In this document: in pieces, positions 1 through 8,522 of the stretch
How the letters are laid out: every line of letters begins with the position of its first letter
Numbering within the stretch: the first letter of the stretch is position 1
Source of the DNA: Methanobacteriota archaeon
GTDB taxonomy: Archaea > Thermoplasmatota > Thermoplasmata > RBG-16-68-12
Length of the DNA: 61,700 nucleotides
NCBI GenBank assembly: GCA_020029475.1
Contig: JAIBJG010000013.1
Coordinates: 1-61,700, forward strand
Direction: 5' to 3'
Notes under the pieces: generated by a model
What the model was told of the DNA's origin: nothing
The model's database searches: none
What the model saw: only the letters and a program-made list of their open reading frames with translations
Made by a program: the position numbers and the translations under genes

Positions 1-169
1 GGCGGTCCGCAAGCTCAGGGTGCACCCCGCCCGCCAGGAGGGTGGTCCGGAACGCGCTCACGCCGGAGCGGCGCTTCTCGAGGAACCGGAGGAACCCCAT
101 CCCCATGCGGAGGGCGAGGGCGGGGACCTGGACGGCGAACACGAGGGGCAACCGGTCGCCCTCAGGCAT
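1..169 (-). CDS. Hypothetical protein, N-terminal fragment (gene runs off window start)
   Basis: ATG at 169 (minus) opens MPEGDRLPLVFAVQVPALALRMGMGFLRFLEKRRSG... with no stop before position 1. The start overlaps the stop of the 162..515 ORF by 8 nt (operon-like). It is too short in-window to appear in the ORF track. No family recognised. Confidence 0.3.
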   Translation of the reverse strand, partial: MPEGDRLPLVFAVQVPALALRMGMGFLRFLEKRRSGVSAFRTTLLAGGVHPELADR

Positions 170-515
170 CGTCCTCGTCCTTCCCCTTCATTTTCACGCG
201 GATCTCCCGCCGGTCTTCCTCCCCGCCCCGGTGGCGTCCTCGCTCGGACCCCACCGCCCCCTCGATGATCTTCCCGAGGTTCAGGGAGGACATGTACTGC
301 TCCGTGAGACGGAACGCTTGGTCGTCTGTCATCCCGCTGTCCTTCAGGGTGCGGTAGAAGTTCGCGACTGCCTGCCCGTACTTCTCCGCGGACTCCTTTC
401 CGTAAAGGACGTCCGTGAGGCTGTTCAGGAGGGCGGGGACCTTCTCCGAGAAGAGCCCCAGCATCTCCTTCATCTCTTCTGCGTTTGTTCGATGCGACTC
501 ACTCATCCTGTTCAC
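162..515 (-). CDS. Hypothetical small helical protein
   Basis: 117-aa ORF with natural composition (EEMKEMLGLFSEKVPALLNSLTDVLYGKESAEKYGQAVANFYRTLK...). It overlaps the end of the upstream wHTH regulator gene by 17 nt. No family recognised. Confidence 0.55.
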   Translation of the reverse strand: MNRMSESHRTNAEEMKEMLGLFSEKVPALLNSLTDVLYGKESAEKYGQAVANFYRTLKDSGMTDDQAFRLTEQYMSSLNLGKIIEGAVGSERGRHRGGEEDRREIRVKMKGKDEDDA

Positions 516-1017
516 CGTCCGATTTCGTACGTGACCGAGGGGTGTCCTCGTACTTAGGGAATCCGAGCACTTGTGACCAACGGCGCTCGACCTCCGGGGA
601 GACCCGGAACGTGCGGTTCCTCCCTTCCATGGACACGAGGACGAACCCCTGGCGGGCGAGCTCCTCGAGGCGCCTCCGGACGATCCGGCGGGAGGCGGTC
701 CCCCGCCGCTCCTTCACCGCGTCCGTGACCTGGGAGACGTTCCGGTCCCCCCGCTCGAGGAGGACCGCGACGATGTGGCGGGAGATGTCGTCCTTCACCT
801 CGGGGACCGCGAGCCCCGGGGAGACGCCCCCGTACCGCTGGACGAGGTCGAGGATCCGGACGTATCCCCGGGAGAGGCCCTGGAGCTGCTCGACGTACCC
901 GATGAGCTCCGCGTACGGCCTCGCCACCCTCGAGAACGCCTCCCGGAGGGACTCGATCTGCTCCCGGAGCTCGCGGAGGTCCCTTCGGATGTCCTCGCTT
1001 TCCATCCAGGGTCCCAT
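499..1017 (-). CDS. Winged-helix transcriptional regulator with N-terminal coiled-coil
   Basis: Start trimmed to the ATG at 1017 (MGPWMESEDIRRDLRELREQIESLREAF...). The C-terminal half looks like a wHTH (ISRHIVAVLLERGDRNVSQVTDAVKERRGTASRRIVRRRLEELARQGFVLVSMEGRNRTFRVS). The longer ORF-track start at 1215 adds R/A/G-rich sequence that looks non-coding. Confidence 0.65.
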   Translation of the reverse strand: MGPWMESEDIRRDLRELREQIESLREAFSRVARPYAELIGYVEQLQGLSRGYVRILDLVQRYGGVSPGLAVPEVKDDISRHIVAVLLERGDRNVSQVTDAVKERRGTASRRIVRRRLEELARQGFVLVSMEGRNRTFRVSPEVERRWSQVLGFPKYEDTPRSRTKSDGEQDE

Positions 1018-1389
1018 CCCTGCGGAGGGGCTTAACCCCGCGGTTCGGTCCCCTTGGGCGGCCCGGTGAGCGTCTGCTGGACCGCGACGTCCCGACGGAT
1101 CTCCCGCTCGCGGGCGCGCCCGAGATGCCATGCGATCATCCGCGTCTCCGATGCCCACGGACGTGCGGTCCATGTTCTTGTGCTGTGCGGTGATTTGTGA
1201 CCACCCGGCCCTCACGCGTGTTTCGCGGGAAAGGTTCTAGACGAGCGGACACGATGCGGACGCATGGTATCTCATGAGGGAGGCGCGTCCTCTGCGGACG
1301 GATCTCGTTCGTCCGGCTTGAGCAATGCATTGAGCACCTTTGCGGTCGTGTTGGCCGTGATCGCAATCGCCACATCGATCGCAATCTCG

Positions 1390-1554
1390 GGTCCAAGAGG
1401 AGATCCTGGAACACCAGGAACCGCGGGCGACACGGGACCACAGGGACCCGCAGGCCCTGGAGGCCCCACAGGACCACCAGGGTCGGACGGACTCCAGGGA
1501 CCGGGTGGGCCCGCCGGACCCCAAGGACCCGCCGGACCCCAAGGACCGGCGGGT
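1390..1554 (+). repeat. Collagen-like G-X-Y triplet repeat (18 triplets)
   Basis: [55 protein letters not shown] read directly from frame 1. Codons are enriched in GGA/CCA/CCT/AGA, unlike the GC3-rich surroundings. Confidence 0.85.
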
Positions 1555-1575
1555 TTCGGCCTCGAGCGTCCTGGT

Positions 1576-2434
1576 TTCGCGGTCACAGCCATCGACACCG
1601 CGGGCGACGTCGGGCTGTCCACCTCCGTGGCGATCGGATCGGACGGGCTCGGACTAATCAGCTATCAGGACCTCACGAACCACGACCTGAAAATCGCACA
1701 CTGCTCGAACGTGCGCGGCAATCGGCGGCGGGACTTCCGTGACAATCGGCGCCGACGGACTCGGGCTGATCACCTACGAGGGCAGCGGGAACCTCAAGGT
1801 GGCCCACTGCTCCAACGTCGGCTGCACGACGGCGGAAATCAGAACGCTCGACGGAGATCCCGTGGCGAACGTGGGCACGGGCAGCTCCATAACAGTCGGT
1901 GTCGACGGGCTCGGACTCATCAGCTACTGGGACGCCACGAACAGCGACCTCAAGGTCGCGCACTGCATCAACGTGTCCTGCGGGGGCGCGACCAACGTGA
2001 CTCTCGACTCCGCCGGCTCGGTGGGCTGGTGGACCTCCATCGCAATCGGGCGGGATGGACTCGGTCTCATCGCCTACTTCGATGACACGAATCGCGCCGT
2101 CAAGGTCGCCCATTGCGTGGACATGGCCTGCACCGCCGCTAACATCACAACGGTCGATTCCACCAGTCGGTTCAGCCAGGGGCTTTCCGTGACGATCGGT
2201 TCCGACGGATTCGGACTCATCTCCTACTATTACGAGGCCCTCCGGTACGACCTCAAAGTGGCCCACTGCTCGAACGTGCTCTGCACCGCGACGACCAGCG
2301 TGACTGTCGACGACCCGGTCGACGTGGGCTGGTTTAGTTCCGTTACGATTGGGACGGACGGGTTTGGGCTCATCAGCTACTTTGATTCCAACAACCTCGA
2401 CCTCAAAGTGGCTCACTGCTCGAACGTGTACTGC
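1576..2434 (+). repeat. Six tandem blade-like repeats of about 48 aa (blade 2 shortened)
   Basis: The consensus [37 protein letters not shown] recurs six times. Each unit is bracketed by conserved Cys residues. Unit 2 is only about 35 aa and coincides with the frameshift. Confidence 0.75.
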
Positions 2435-2597
2435 ATTCCCTACCATCGAAGTCGCTAGCATCCCCTAGCCGACATGAAGCGTACCAAGCGGGCCGCGGCA
2501 TAGGAGCCGTAGAGATCGCCCCCGTTTGGCGCCTGGGCCGGATCCGGATCTCGACACGTTCCGAACTCCGCGTCGTAGGGCGCACCTCATCCCTCGT

Positions 2598-4007
2598 CTA
2601 CGGCGACATGGGTGCGTCGTGGTCCGGGAGGATCGTCTCCGCGTTGCGGACCGCGCGAACGAAGTACCCGCCGATCCCCACGATCGCCCCGAGGGCGCCG
2701 AAGACGATCAGCATCAGGGCCATCCCGGCGCCCGGACCTGTCCCGACCGCCCACCCGAAGACGCCGGTGAGGCTCCCGCCGACCGCCATCGCGGGCTCGA
2801 AGACCCCGTCGGCAAGGGGGCCGGCGATCACCATCGCGGCGGGCGCCGTGATCTGCGCGATGAGTCGCCGAGCGGCGAACACCTTCCCCTGCACGTCCGG
2901 GGCGACCTTCGCCTGCCAGATCGCCTGGTTCGAGCCGTTGATGAACGGGAGGAGGAAGGACCCGGAGAACGCGGCAATCCCCCAGATCGCGACCTCCCGT
3001 CCGACGCCCATCAGGATCGAGCCGAGGATCCCGGCGAGGGCCATCCCGCCGAGGACCCCGTGGACCCGCCGCTTCGGCCCGCCCCAGAGGCTGAGGGCGA
3101 GCCCGCCCGCGACCCCGCCGATCGCCGCAATCGAGTTCACGGCGCCGAGGACGACGACGTCGTTGCCCGTGCGGGAGAGGATCATCGGGGTGACGACGAT
3201 GAACCCGAGGGGGAAGATGAAATTGATCAGGAAGAACACGAGCTGGAGCCCGAGGAGGCTCCGGCGGGCGGCGATGTACCGGAACCCGTACACGCTCTCG
3301 GAGAGGAGGCTGCCGCGGGCCTTCCGGCCCGTCTCCGTGACCGCGGGCTGCGGGATGTGGACCGCGAGGAGGATGGAGACCGCGATCACGAACGTGACGA
3401 TGTCGATCGCCAGGATCACCGCGATCCCCGGCCCCACCAGGAGGACCCCGAGGATCGCGGCCGCGAAGACCGGGGAGAAGACGCCGGAGATCGACTGGGC
3501 CGTGGAGAGCATCCCGCTCGCCCGCCCGTACTGGGACTTCGGGAGCATCGTGGAGACCGCCGCGGAGTATGCGGGCCACTGGAACGCCTCGAACGCGCCC
3601 TCGAAGGCCCCCAGGACGAACCAGTGCCACACCTGGAGGGCCCCCGGGAGGTAGAGGACCAGGAGGACGATCGTGCCGACCCCCGCCGCGAGGTCGCTGA
3701 GCATCATCGTGAGCTTCCGGTTCCACCGGTCCACGAGCGCGCCCGCGATCGGGCTCAAGATTACGGTCGGTGCAAAGCGGAAGAACGCCGCGAGGGCGAG
3801 GGTCGTCGCCTGGCCCGTCTGGAGGTACGCCCAGATCACGAGGGCGAAGCCCGTCATCCCCGTGCCGAGAAGGGAGAATGTCTGGCCCGCGCACACGAGG
3901 GTGAACGCGCGCATTCCACGGAGGCGGGGCGTCTTCGGTGCGGTGGGCTCCGTCGTGGCGTTCAGGCGGCGTACCTCCCCTCGGGTCCGGGGATCCGCGA
4001 GGCTCAA
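2598..4007 (-). CDS. MFS transporter (EntS/macrolide-efflux-like MFS_3 type)
   Basis: 469-aa polytopic membrane ORF (FTLVCAGQTFSLLGTGMTGFALVIWAYLQTG..., SPIAGALVDRWNRK motif). The start was taken as the TTG at 4007 because it overlaps the TGA of the upstream 30-codon ORF (TTGA). An alternative ATG lies at 3914. Confidence 0.8.
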   Translation of the reverse strand: MSLADPRTRGEVRRLNATTEPTAPKTPRLRGMRAFTLVCAGQTFSLLGTGMTGFALVIWAYLQTGQATTLALAAFFRFAPTVILSPIAGALVDRWNRKLTMMLSDLAAGVGTIVLLVLYLPGALQVWHWFVLGAFEGAFEAFQWPAYSAAVSTMLPKSQYGRASGMLSTAQSISGVFSPVFAAAILGVLLVGPGIAVILAIDIVTFVIAVSILLAVHIPQPAVTETGRKARGSLLSESVYGFRYIAARRSLLGLQLVFFLINFIFPLGFIVVTPMILSRTGNDVVVLGAVNSIAAIGGVAGGLALSLWGGPKRRVHGVLGGMALAGILGSILMGVGREVAIWGIAAFSGSFLLPFINGSNQAIWQAKVAPDVQGKVFAARRLIAQITAPAAMVIAGPLADGVFEPAMAVGGSLTGVFGWAVGTGPGAGMALMLIVFGALGAIVGIGGYFVRAVRNAETILPDHDAPMSP

Positions 4008-4096
4008 CGGATGAGCGGGGCGAACCCCGAGCGCACGTGGGAATCCAGGTACACCGTCATCTCGATTTCCTTTCGGACCGACTTGTCGCGGGACAT
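4004..4096 (-). CDS. 30-codon upstream ORF, copy 1 (MSRDKSVRKEIEMTVYLDSHVRSGFAPLIR)
   Basis: The ATG at 4096 lies 23 nt downstream of a TAAATA box. The stop TGA (4006..4004) overlaps the TTG start of the MFS gene. It is homologous (17/30 identical by hand alignment) to a second copy at 15188..15280. Confidence 0.5.
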   Translation of the reverse strand: MSRDKSVRKEIEMTVYLDSHVRSGFAPLIR

Positions 4097-4119
4097 AGTC
4101 CTCTGGAGATGCCCGCGGC

Positions 4120-4132
4120 TATTTAGGCGAGC
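4120..4132 (-). promoter_or_regulatory. TATA/BRE-like promoter core GCTCGCCTAAATA (copy 1)
   Basis: A 13-nt block identical to 15304..15316. The TAAATA box is followed by exactly 23 nt and then ATG, consistent with a leaderless transcript. Confidence 0.5.
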
Positions 4133-4219
4133 CTCAAGGGAGGGGGCGAGAGGGTCTACCGATGGGGGGACACCCGCAACCCCGGGGTTGAAAAACACGA
4201 TCGATCCCGCCCCGTGCCC

Positions 4220-4936
4220 CTACGAGACGACGACATCGATGAGGAGGAGCTCGGCGTCCGCGTCGGAAACGGTGGTGACGTCCTCCTCGTCCACGATCTT
4301 CGCGGCCCCGAACTGCGGGAGGGATTTGCCCGCCACCGTGATCGGCCCGCCCTCGACGACGTACAGGTACGCGCCGCGGTCCCGGGCAATCTCGTACTCC
4401 AGCGAGCGGCCGTTCTCGAGGAAGCTCGCGTGGACCTGGGCGTCCTGACGGATTGGGAGCGCACCCGGGTGCGTGTTCGAGACGAGGGGGAGCCACCGGT
4501 TCGTCCGCTCCGGCCGCTCCACCGCCTTCTGCTCCACGGAGGGATCGAGCCCCCTCTTCTCCGGGTGGAACCACATCTGGATGAAGCGCATCTCCACGTT
4601 CTTCTTGTGGTTGATCTCGGAGTGCCACATCCCGCGGCCCACGGTCGTGTGCTGGACCCAGCCTTTCTTCAGGATCCCGCCGACGCCGTGCTCGTCCGCG
4701 TGGCGGAACTCCCCCTCCGCGCAGTACGTGACGACCTCGATCTCCCGGTGCGGGTGGAGGGGCCATACGGAGCCCGGGGAGAGGGTGTCGTCATTGAACA
4801 CACGCAGGGTGCCGAACCCCATGTTCTCGGGGTCGTGGTGCTCGCCGAAGCTGAAGTGCCACCGGCCGAGGAACGTGCCGTCCTCGATGACGCCGCTCGC
4901 GAGGTAGATGTCCGCGGGCTTCCGGATCGTGATCAT
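4220..4936 (-). CDS. Pirin-family cupin protein (YhhW-like)
   Basis: WHFSFGEHHDPENMGFGTLRVFNDDTLSPGSVWPLHPHREIEVVTYCAEGEFRH matches the pirin N-terminal cupin and its metal-binding His pattern. The start is set at the ATG at 4936 (MITIRKP...). The ORF-track ATG at 5023 abuts the TATA box. Confidence 0.85.
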   Translation of the reverse strand: MITIRKPADIYLASGVIEDGTFLGRWHFSFGEHHDPENMGFGTLRVFNDDTLSPGSVWPLHPHREIEVVTYCAEGEFRHADEHGVGGILKKGWVQHTTVGRGMWHSEINHKKNVEMRFIQMWFHPEKRGLDPSVEQKAVERPERTNRWLPLVSNTHPGALPIRQDAQVHASFLENGRSLEYEIARDRGAYLYVVEGGPITVAGKSLPQFGAAKIVDEEDVTTVSDADAELLLIDVVVS

Positions 4937-5023
4937 CCCCCGCGCGACTCCGGGATTGGACTTGAACCTTGGGGGCGCGGGAAACAGACCAACATCTTGG
5001 TCCGGAGCGGAGACCCGCCGCAT

Positions 5024-5031
5024 CTATAAGT
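5024..5031 (+). promoter_or_regulatory. TATA-like box (CTATAAGT) upstream of the NFACT gene
   Basis: It is centred about 30 nt upstream of the ATG at 5058. The near-palindromic element could also serve the divergent pirin gene. Confidence 0.4.
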
Positions 5032-5057
5032 AAGCCGACCCGCTTCGGAACCGTCCC

Positions 5058-6953
5058 ATGAAGGAGGCCCTCACGTCCTTCGACCTCATGGCCCTCGTCG
5101 CGGAGTGGCAGGGCCTCGTCGCAGGGTTCGTCGACAAGGTGTACCAGGCGAAGGACGAGGTCACCCTCCGCCTCAACGTCCCCGGGGAAGAGCGGACGGA
5201 GCTGTACTGCAAGGCGGGGAAGTGGCTCGGCCTCCACAAGACGGAGGAGAAGCGCGAGACCCCGGGGCCATTCGCGATGGCCCTCCGGAAGACGATCGAC
5301 AACGCCCGCATCACCGCAATCGAGCAGCCGGGTTTCGACCGCGTCGCAATCCTCCGCCTCGAGAAGGGGGCGACGTACGATCTCGTCTTCGAGATGTTCG
5401 GGAAGGGGAACATCATCCTCGTCCAGGGCGGGAACACGGTCGCCGCGATGCGGACGCAGTCCTTCAAGGGCCGCCAGATCCGGCCCGGGATCGCGTACGA
5501 CTTCCCGCCTCCCGGGACGAACCCTCTCGAGCTCGACCGACAAGGCTTCCACAAGGCGGTCCGGTCCGCAAAAGGGCAGATCGTGAAGGTCCTCGCGTCC
5601 CCCCTGAACCTCGGCGGCACGTACGCGGAGGAACTGTGCCTCCGGGCGGGCGTCACGAAGGACGCGACCGTCGCCTCCCTGAAGGACGCGGACTTCGACG
5701 CCCTCTTCACCGCCCTGAACAACCTCGCCGTGGCGGTGGAGCAGGAGCGCCGGCCCGCCGTCATCCTCGATGGCGGGAAGCCGATCGATGCCGTCCCGAT
5801 CGATCTCCTGATCCACGCGGGGAAGGAACGGCGGGAGTCTCCCACGTTCAACGACGCCCTTTCGTCCTACCTCTCCTCGCTGGCCGCGGAACCCTCCGTC
5901 GCCACGAAGGACGCGACCGCCACCCTCCGGCATCGGATCGAGCAGCTGAAGGAGAACCTTGAGTCCCTCCGGAGGGAGGCGATGGCGGCGGAGGCGAAGG
6001 CGCTGTTCCTGTACAACCACTTCCCCCTCTTCGAGGAGCTCCTCCGGGCGGCGCGGGAGGGCCGCGCGTTCGACGGGGCCCAGATCAAGGGCGTGGACAA
6101 GGAGCGGCACACGGTCACCGTCGCGATCGGGGACTTCGACGACCTGGAGCTCGACTACGACAAGGACGTGAACGGGAACGCGCAGGCTCTATACGAAGCC
6201 CGGCGGGAGGCGCTCCGGAAGGCGGAGCGCGTCGTGGAGGCGATCCAGGCCGCGGAGGACGAGGTCCGCATCGTGGAGAAGAAGGCGGTGCGCGCGGCGA
6301 AGCGCCCGAAGGTGAAGCCCACGAGGCGCCTGTGGTTCGAGGCGTACCGCTGGACCCTCTCCTCGGAGGGATTCCTGATCCTCGGCGGGCGGGACGCGAA
6401 GACGAACGACGCCCTCGTCCGGAAGCACCTGAAGGAGGGAGACCGGTACGCGCACGCGGACGTCCACGGGGCCCCGAGCGTCGTCGTGAAGGACGGGGCG
6501 AAGGCGGGGGAGGCAACCCTGCGGGAGGCGTGCGAGTTCGCCCTGATCTACTCGAAGGCGTGGCCCGCGGGGCTCTCGAGCGGGAGTGCGTTCTGGGTCC
6601 TCCCGGAACAGGTGAGCAAGCAGGCGGAGAGCGGGGAGTTCCTTCCGCGGGGCGGGTTCGTCGTGCGGGGGAAACGGAACTACGTCCACGACATCCCCGT
6701 CCAGATGGCCGTCGGCGAGGTCGAGGTCGAAGGGCACCGCAAGGTGATGGGGGGCCCCGTGAGCGCCCTCGCGGCGCGATCGACGAGGTACGTCGTCCTC
6801 CGCCCTGGGGAAATGGACCGCGACCGGCTCGTCGCGAACCTCGCGAAGGCGTTCGAGGTTCCCGAGGAGGAGGTCTCCCGCGTCCTCCCGTCAGGAGGGT
6901 TCGCGATCCTGAAGGTCCATGGCCTGGAACTCGGGCTCGACGCGGCGGGCTGA
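5058..6953 (+). CDS. NFACT-family ribosome quality-control protein (Rqc2/RqcH/FbpA homolog)
   Basis: 631 aa. It has an NFACT-N-like N-terminus, a central coiled coil, and an NFACT-R/DUF814 block (FLILGGRDAKTNDALVRKHLKEGDRYAHADVHGAPSVVVK). Confidence 0.85.
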   Translation: MKEALTSFDLMALVAEWQGLVAGFVDKVYQAKDEVTLRLNVPGEERTELYCKAGKWLGLHKTEEKRETPGPFAMALRKTIDNARITAIEQPGFDRVAILRLEKGATYDLVFEMFGKGNIILVQGGNTVAAMRTQSFKGRQIRPGIAYDFPPPGTNPLELDRQGFHKAVRSAKGQIVKVLASPLNLGGTYAEELCLRAGVTKDATVASLKDADFDALFTALNNLAVAVEQERRPAVILDGGKPIDAVPIDLLIHAGKERRESPTFNDALSSYLSSLAAEPSVATKDATATLRHRIEQLKENLESLRREAMAAEAKALFLYNHFPLFEELLRAAREGRAFDGAQIKGVDKERHTVTVAIGDFDDLELDYDKDVNGNAQALYEARREALRKAERVVEAIQAAEDEVRIVEKKAVRAAKRPKVKPTRRLWFEAYRWTLSSEGFLILGGRDAKTNDALVRKHLKEGDRYAHADVHGAPSVVVKDGAKAGEATLREACEFALIYSKAWPAGLSSGSAFWVLPEQVSKQAESGEFLPRGGFVVRGKRNYVHDIPVQMAVGEVEVEGHRKVMGGPVSALAARSTRYVVLRPGEMDRDRLVANLAKAFEVPEEEVSRVLPSGGFAILKVHGLELGLDAAG

Positions 6954-7009
6954 CCGGCGGGGCTTCCCGGCAAAGGTTCTCATACCTCGCCCCGGTAGGA
7001 ACCGGTGCC

Positions 7010-7894
7010 ATGGGCGCACGACTCCGCACCGCGGGACTCTTCTTGCTCCTGACGATGATCTTCGTCGGATTCGGCTGGATCATCGGCAGCGTGTTCTTCG
7101 GGAACTGGCTCTCAACCGTCCTCCTCTTCCTCGTCTTCGCGGGGCTGATGAACGGAATCTCGTACTTCTTCGCCGACCGGATCGTCCTCTGGTCGTACCG
7201 GGCCCGCCCGGTGACGGAGGCGGATGCACCGGCCCTCTATCGGGTCGTCCAGAGGGTCGCCGCAATGAGCAACCTTCCGATGCCCCGGGTGTACACCGTG
7301 CCCTCCGCGACCCCGAACGCGTTCGCGACGGGGCGGAACCCGAAGCACGCCGTGGTCGCGGTGACGGAGGGCGCCTTCCGGGTTCTGAACGAACGGGAGC
7401 TCACCGCCGTGATCGCGCACGAGATGGCCCACGTGAAGGACCGGGACATCCTCGTGATGTCTGTCGCGGCCACGATCGCGGGCGCCCTCACGATCCTCGC
7501 GCGGTGGGCGTTCTGGAGCACGCTGTTCGGCGGGGGTCGCCGGGACCGGGAGGGGAACGCCCTCATGTGGGTCCTTGCGATCGTGGGACTGATCCTCGTG
7601 CCGATTGCGGTCGTCCTCATCCAGCTCGCGATCTCTCGGAGCCGGGAGTACAAGGCCGACTATGTCGGGGCAAAGACGATCGGCGCGCCCGACGCGCTCG
7701 CGGACGCGCTGGAGCAGCTCGAGTACCGGAACCGCCTGAACCCGATGGACTTCGGAAGCCCCTCCTCTTCCAGCCTGTGGATCGTCAACCCGTTCGCGGG
7801 GAACTGGCTGTCCCGGATCCAGTCGACCCACCCGCCGGTCGACAAGCGGATCCGAAAGCTCCGCCTCCTCGCTCAAGGGCAGGATACGTACTGA
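7010..7894 (+). CDS. htpX: Zinc metalloprotease HtpX (M48 family)
   Basis: HEMAH zinc motif (VIAHEMAHVKDRD), four TM segments, C-terminal STHPPVDKRI. The start is set at the ATG at 7010. The upstream part of the ORF is R/G/P-rich non-coding-looking sequence overlapping the NFACT gene. Confidence 0.9.
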   Translation: MGARLRTAGLFLLLTMIFVGFGWIIGSVFFGNWLSTVLLFLVFAGLMNGISYFFADRIVLWSYRARPVTEADAPALYRVVQRVAAMSNLPMPRVYTVPSATPNAFATGRNPKHAVVAVTEGAFRVLNERELTAVIAHEMAHVKDRDILVMSVAATIAGALTILARWAFWSTLFGGGRRDREGNALMWVLAIVGLILVPIAVVLIQLAISRSREYKADYVGAKTIGAPDALADALEQLEYRNRLNPMDFGSPSSSSLWIVNPFAGNWLSRIQSTHPPVDKRIRKLRLLAQGQDTY

Positions 7895-7968
7895 CGAGCC
7901 CTGGCAGCAGCCCTCCAGGGGCCCTCCGGGGAAAGGCTAAGTAACCTCCGTCCACTCGGAGGCCCGCC

Positions 7969-8424
7969 GTGGTCGTGAAACTCCTCGACGAACTCGACGT
8001 CGCGATTCTGCGCAGGCTGAACCAGGACGCGCGGAAGAGCTTCCGGGACATCGCGCGGGAGCTGAGGGTGAGCATCAGCACCATCAGCAACCGCGTGAAA
8101 CGGCTCGAGCAGGAGGGGATCATCGTCGGCTACATCCCCGTCCTCGACGAGAAGAAGCTCGGGTACGACGTCCTCGCCGTGATCGGGATCCGGATCTCGA
8201 AGGGGAAGCTCCTCGAGGTCCAGCGGAAGATCGGGCGGGAGGACAAGGTCGTCGACGTGTACGACGTCACGGGCGAGTACGACAGCGTGATCATCGCGCG
8301 CTTCAAGAACACGAAGGAGCTCGACGCGTTCATCAAGCGGCTCGTCGCGATGGAGAACGTCGAGCGGACGTACACGCAGGTCGTCCTGAACGTCGTGAAG
8401 CAGGAGAAACGGTCGCCGATCTAG
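7969..8424 (+). CDS. Lrp/AsnC family transcriptional regulator
   Basis: HTH_AsnC-type N-terminus (LDELDVAILRRLNQDARKSFRDIARELRVSISTISNRVKRLEQEGII) plus a RAM-domain C-terminus. The GTG start lies about 29 nt downstream of CTAAGTAA (7937..7944). Confidence 0.9.
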   Translation: MVVKLLDELDVAILRRLNQDARKSFRDIARELRVSISTISNRVKRLEQEGIIVGYIPVLDEKKLGYDVLAVIGIRISKGKLLEVQRKIGREDKVVDVYDVTGEYDSVIIARFKNTKELDAFIKRLVAMENVERTYTQVVLNVVKQEKRSPI

Positions 8425-8522
8425 GCCGGTTCCTATGGGGAGACCCGGGGGTCCCCGGGAGTTCCATGCACAACTTTTAAGGGGGAGCCTCCCCCTAAGG
8501 AGCTTGACGGAGTGAAGGGGCC

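Larger units (their letters stand above)
1264..2458 (+). pseudogene. Membrane-anchored protein with collagen-like stalk and six blade repeats, interrupted by a frameshift near 1711
   Basis: ORF 1264..2085 encodes an N-terminal TM helix ([22 protein letters not shown]), 18 G-X-Y triplets, then blade 1 up to KIAHCSNV, after which it becomes R-rich nonsense. The repeat family continues in the +1 frame (ORF 1739..2458, open from about 1712: [24 protein letters not shown]...). The two frames together give one coherent protein. Confidence 0.6.

Noticed and set aside
2526-4448. 640-aa plus-strand ORF antisense to the MFS transporter and pirin genes
   Set aside because: Extremely R/D/E/P/G-rich low-complexity translation, typical of off-frame or antisense reading of GC-rich coding DNA. 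The opposite strand encodes recognisable proteins.
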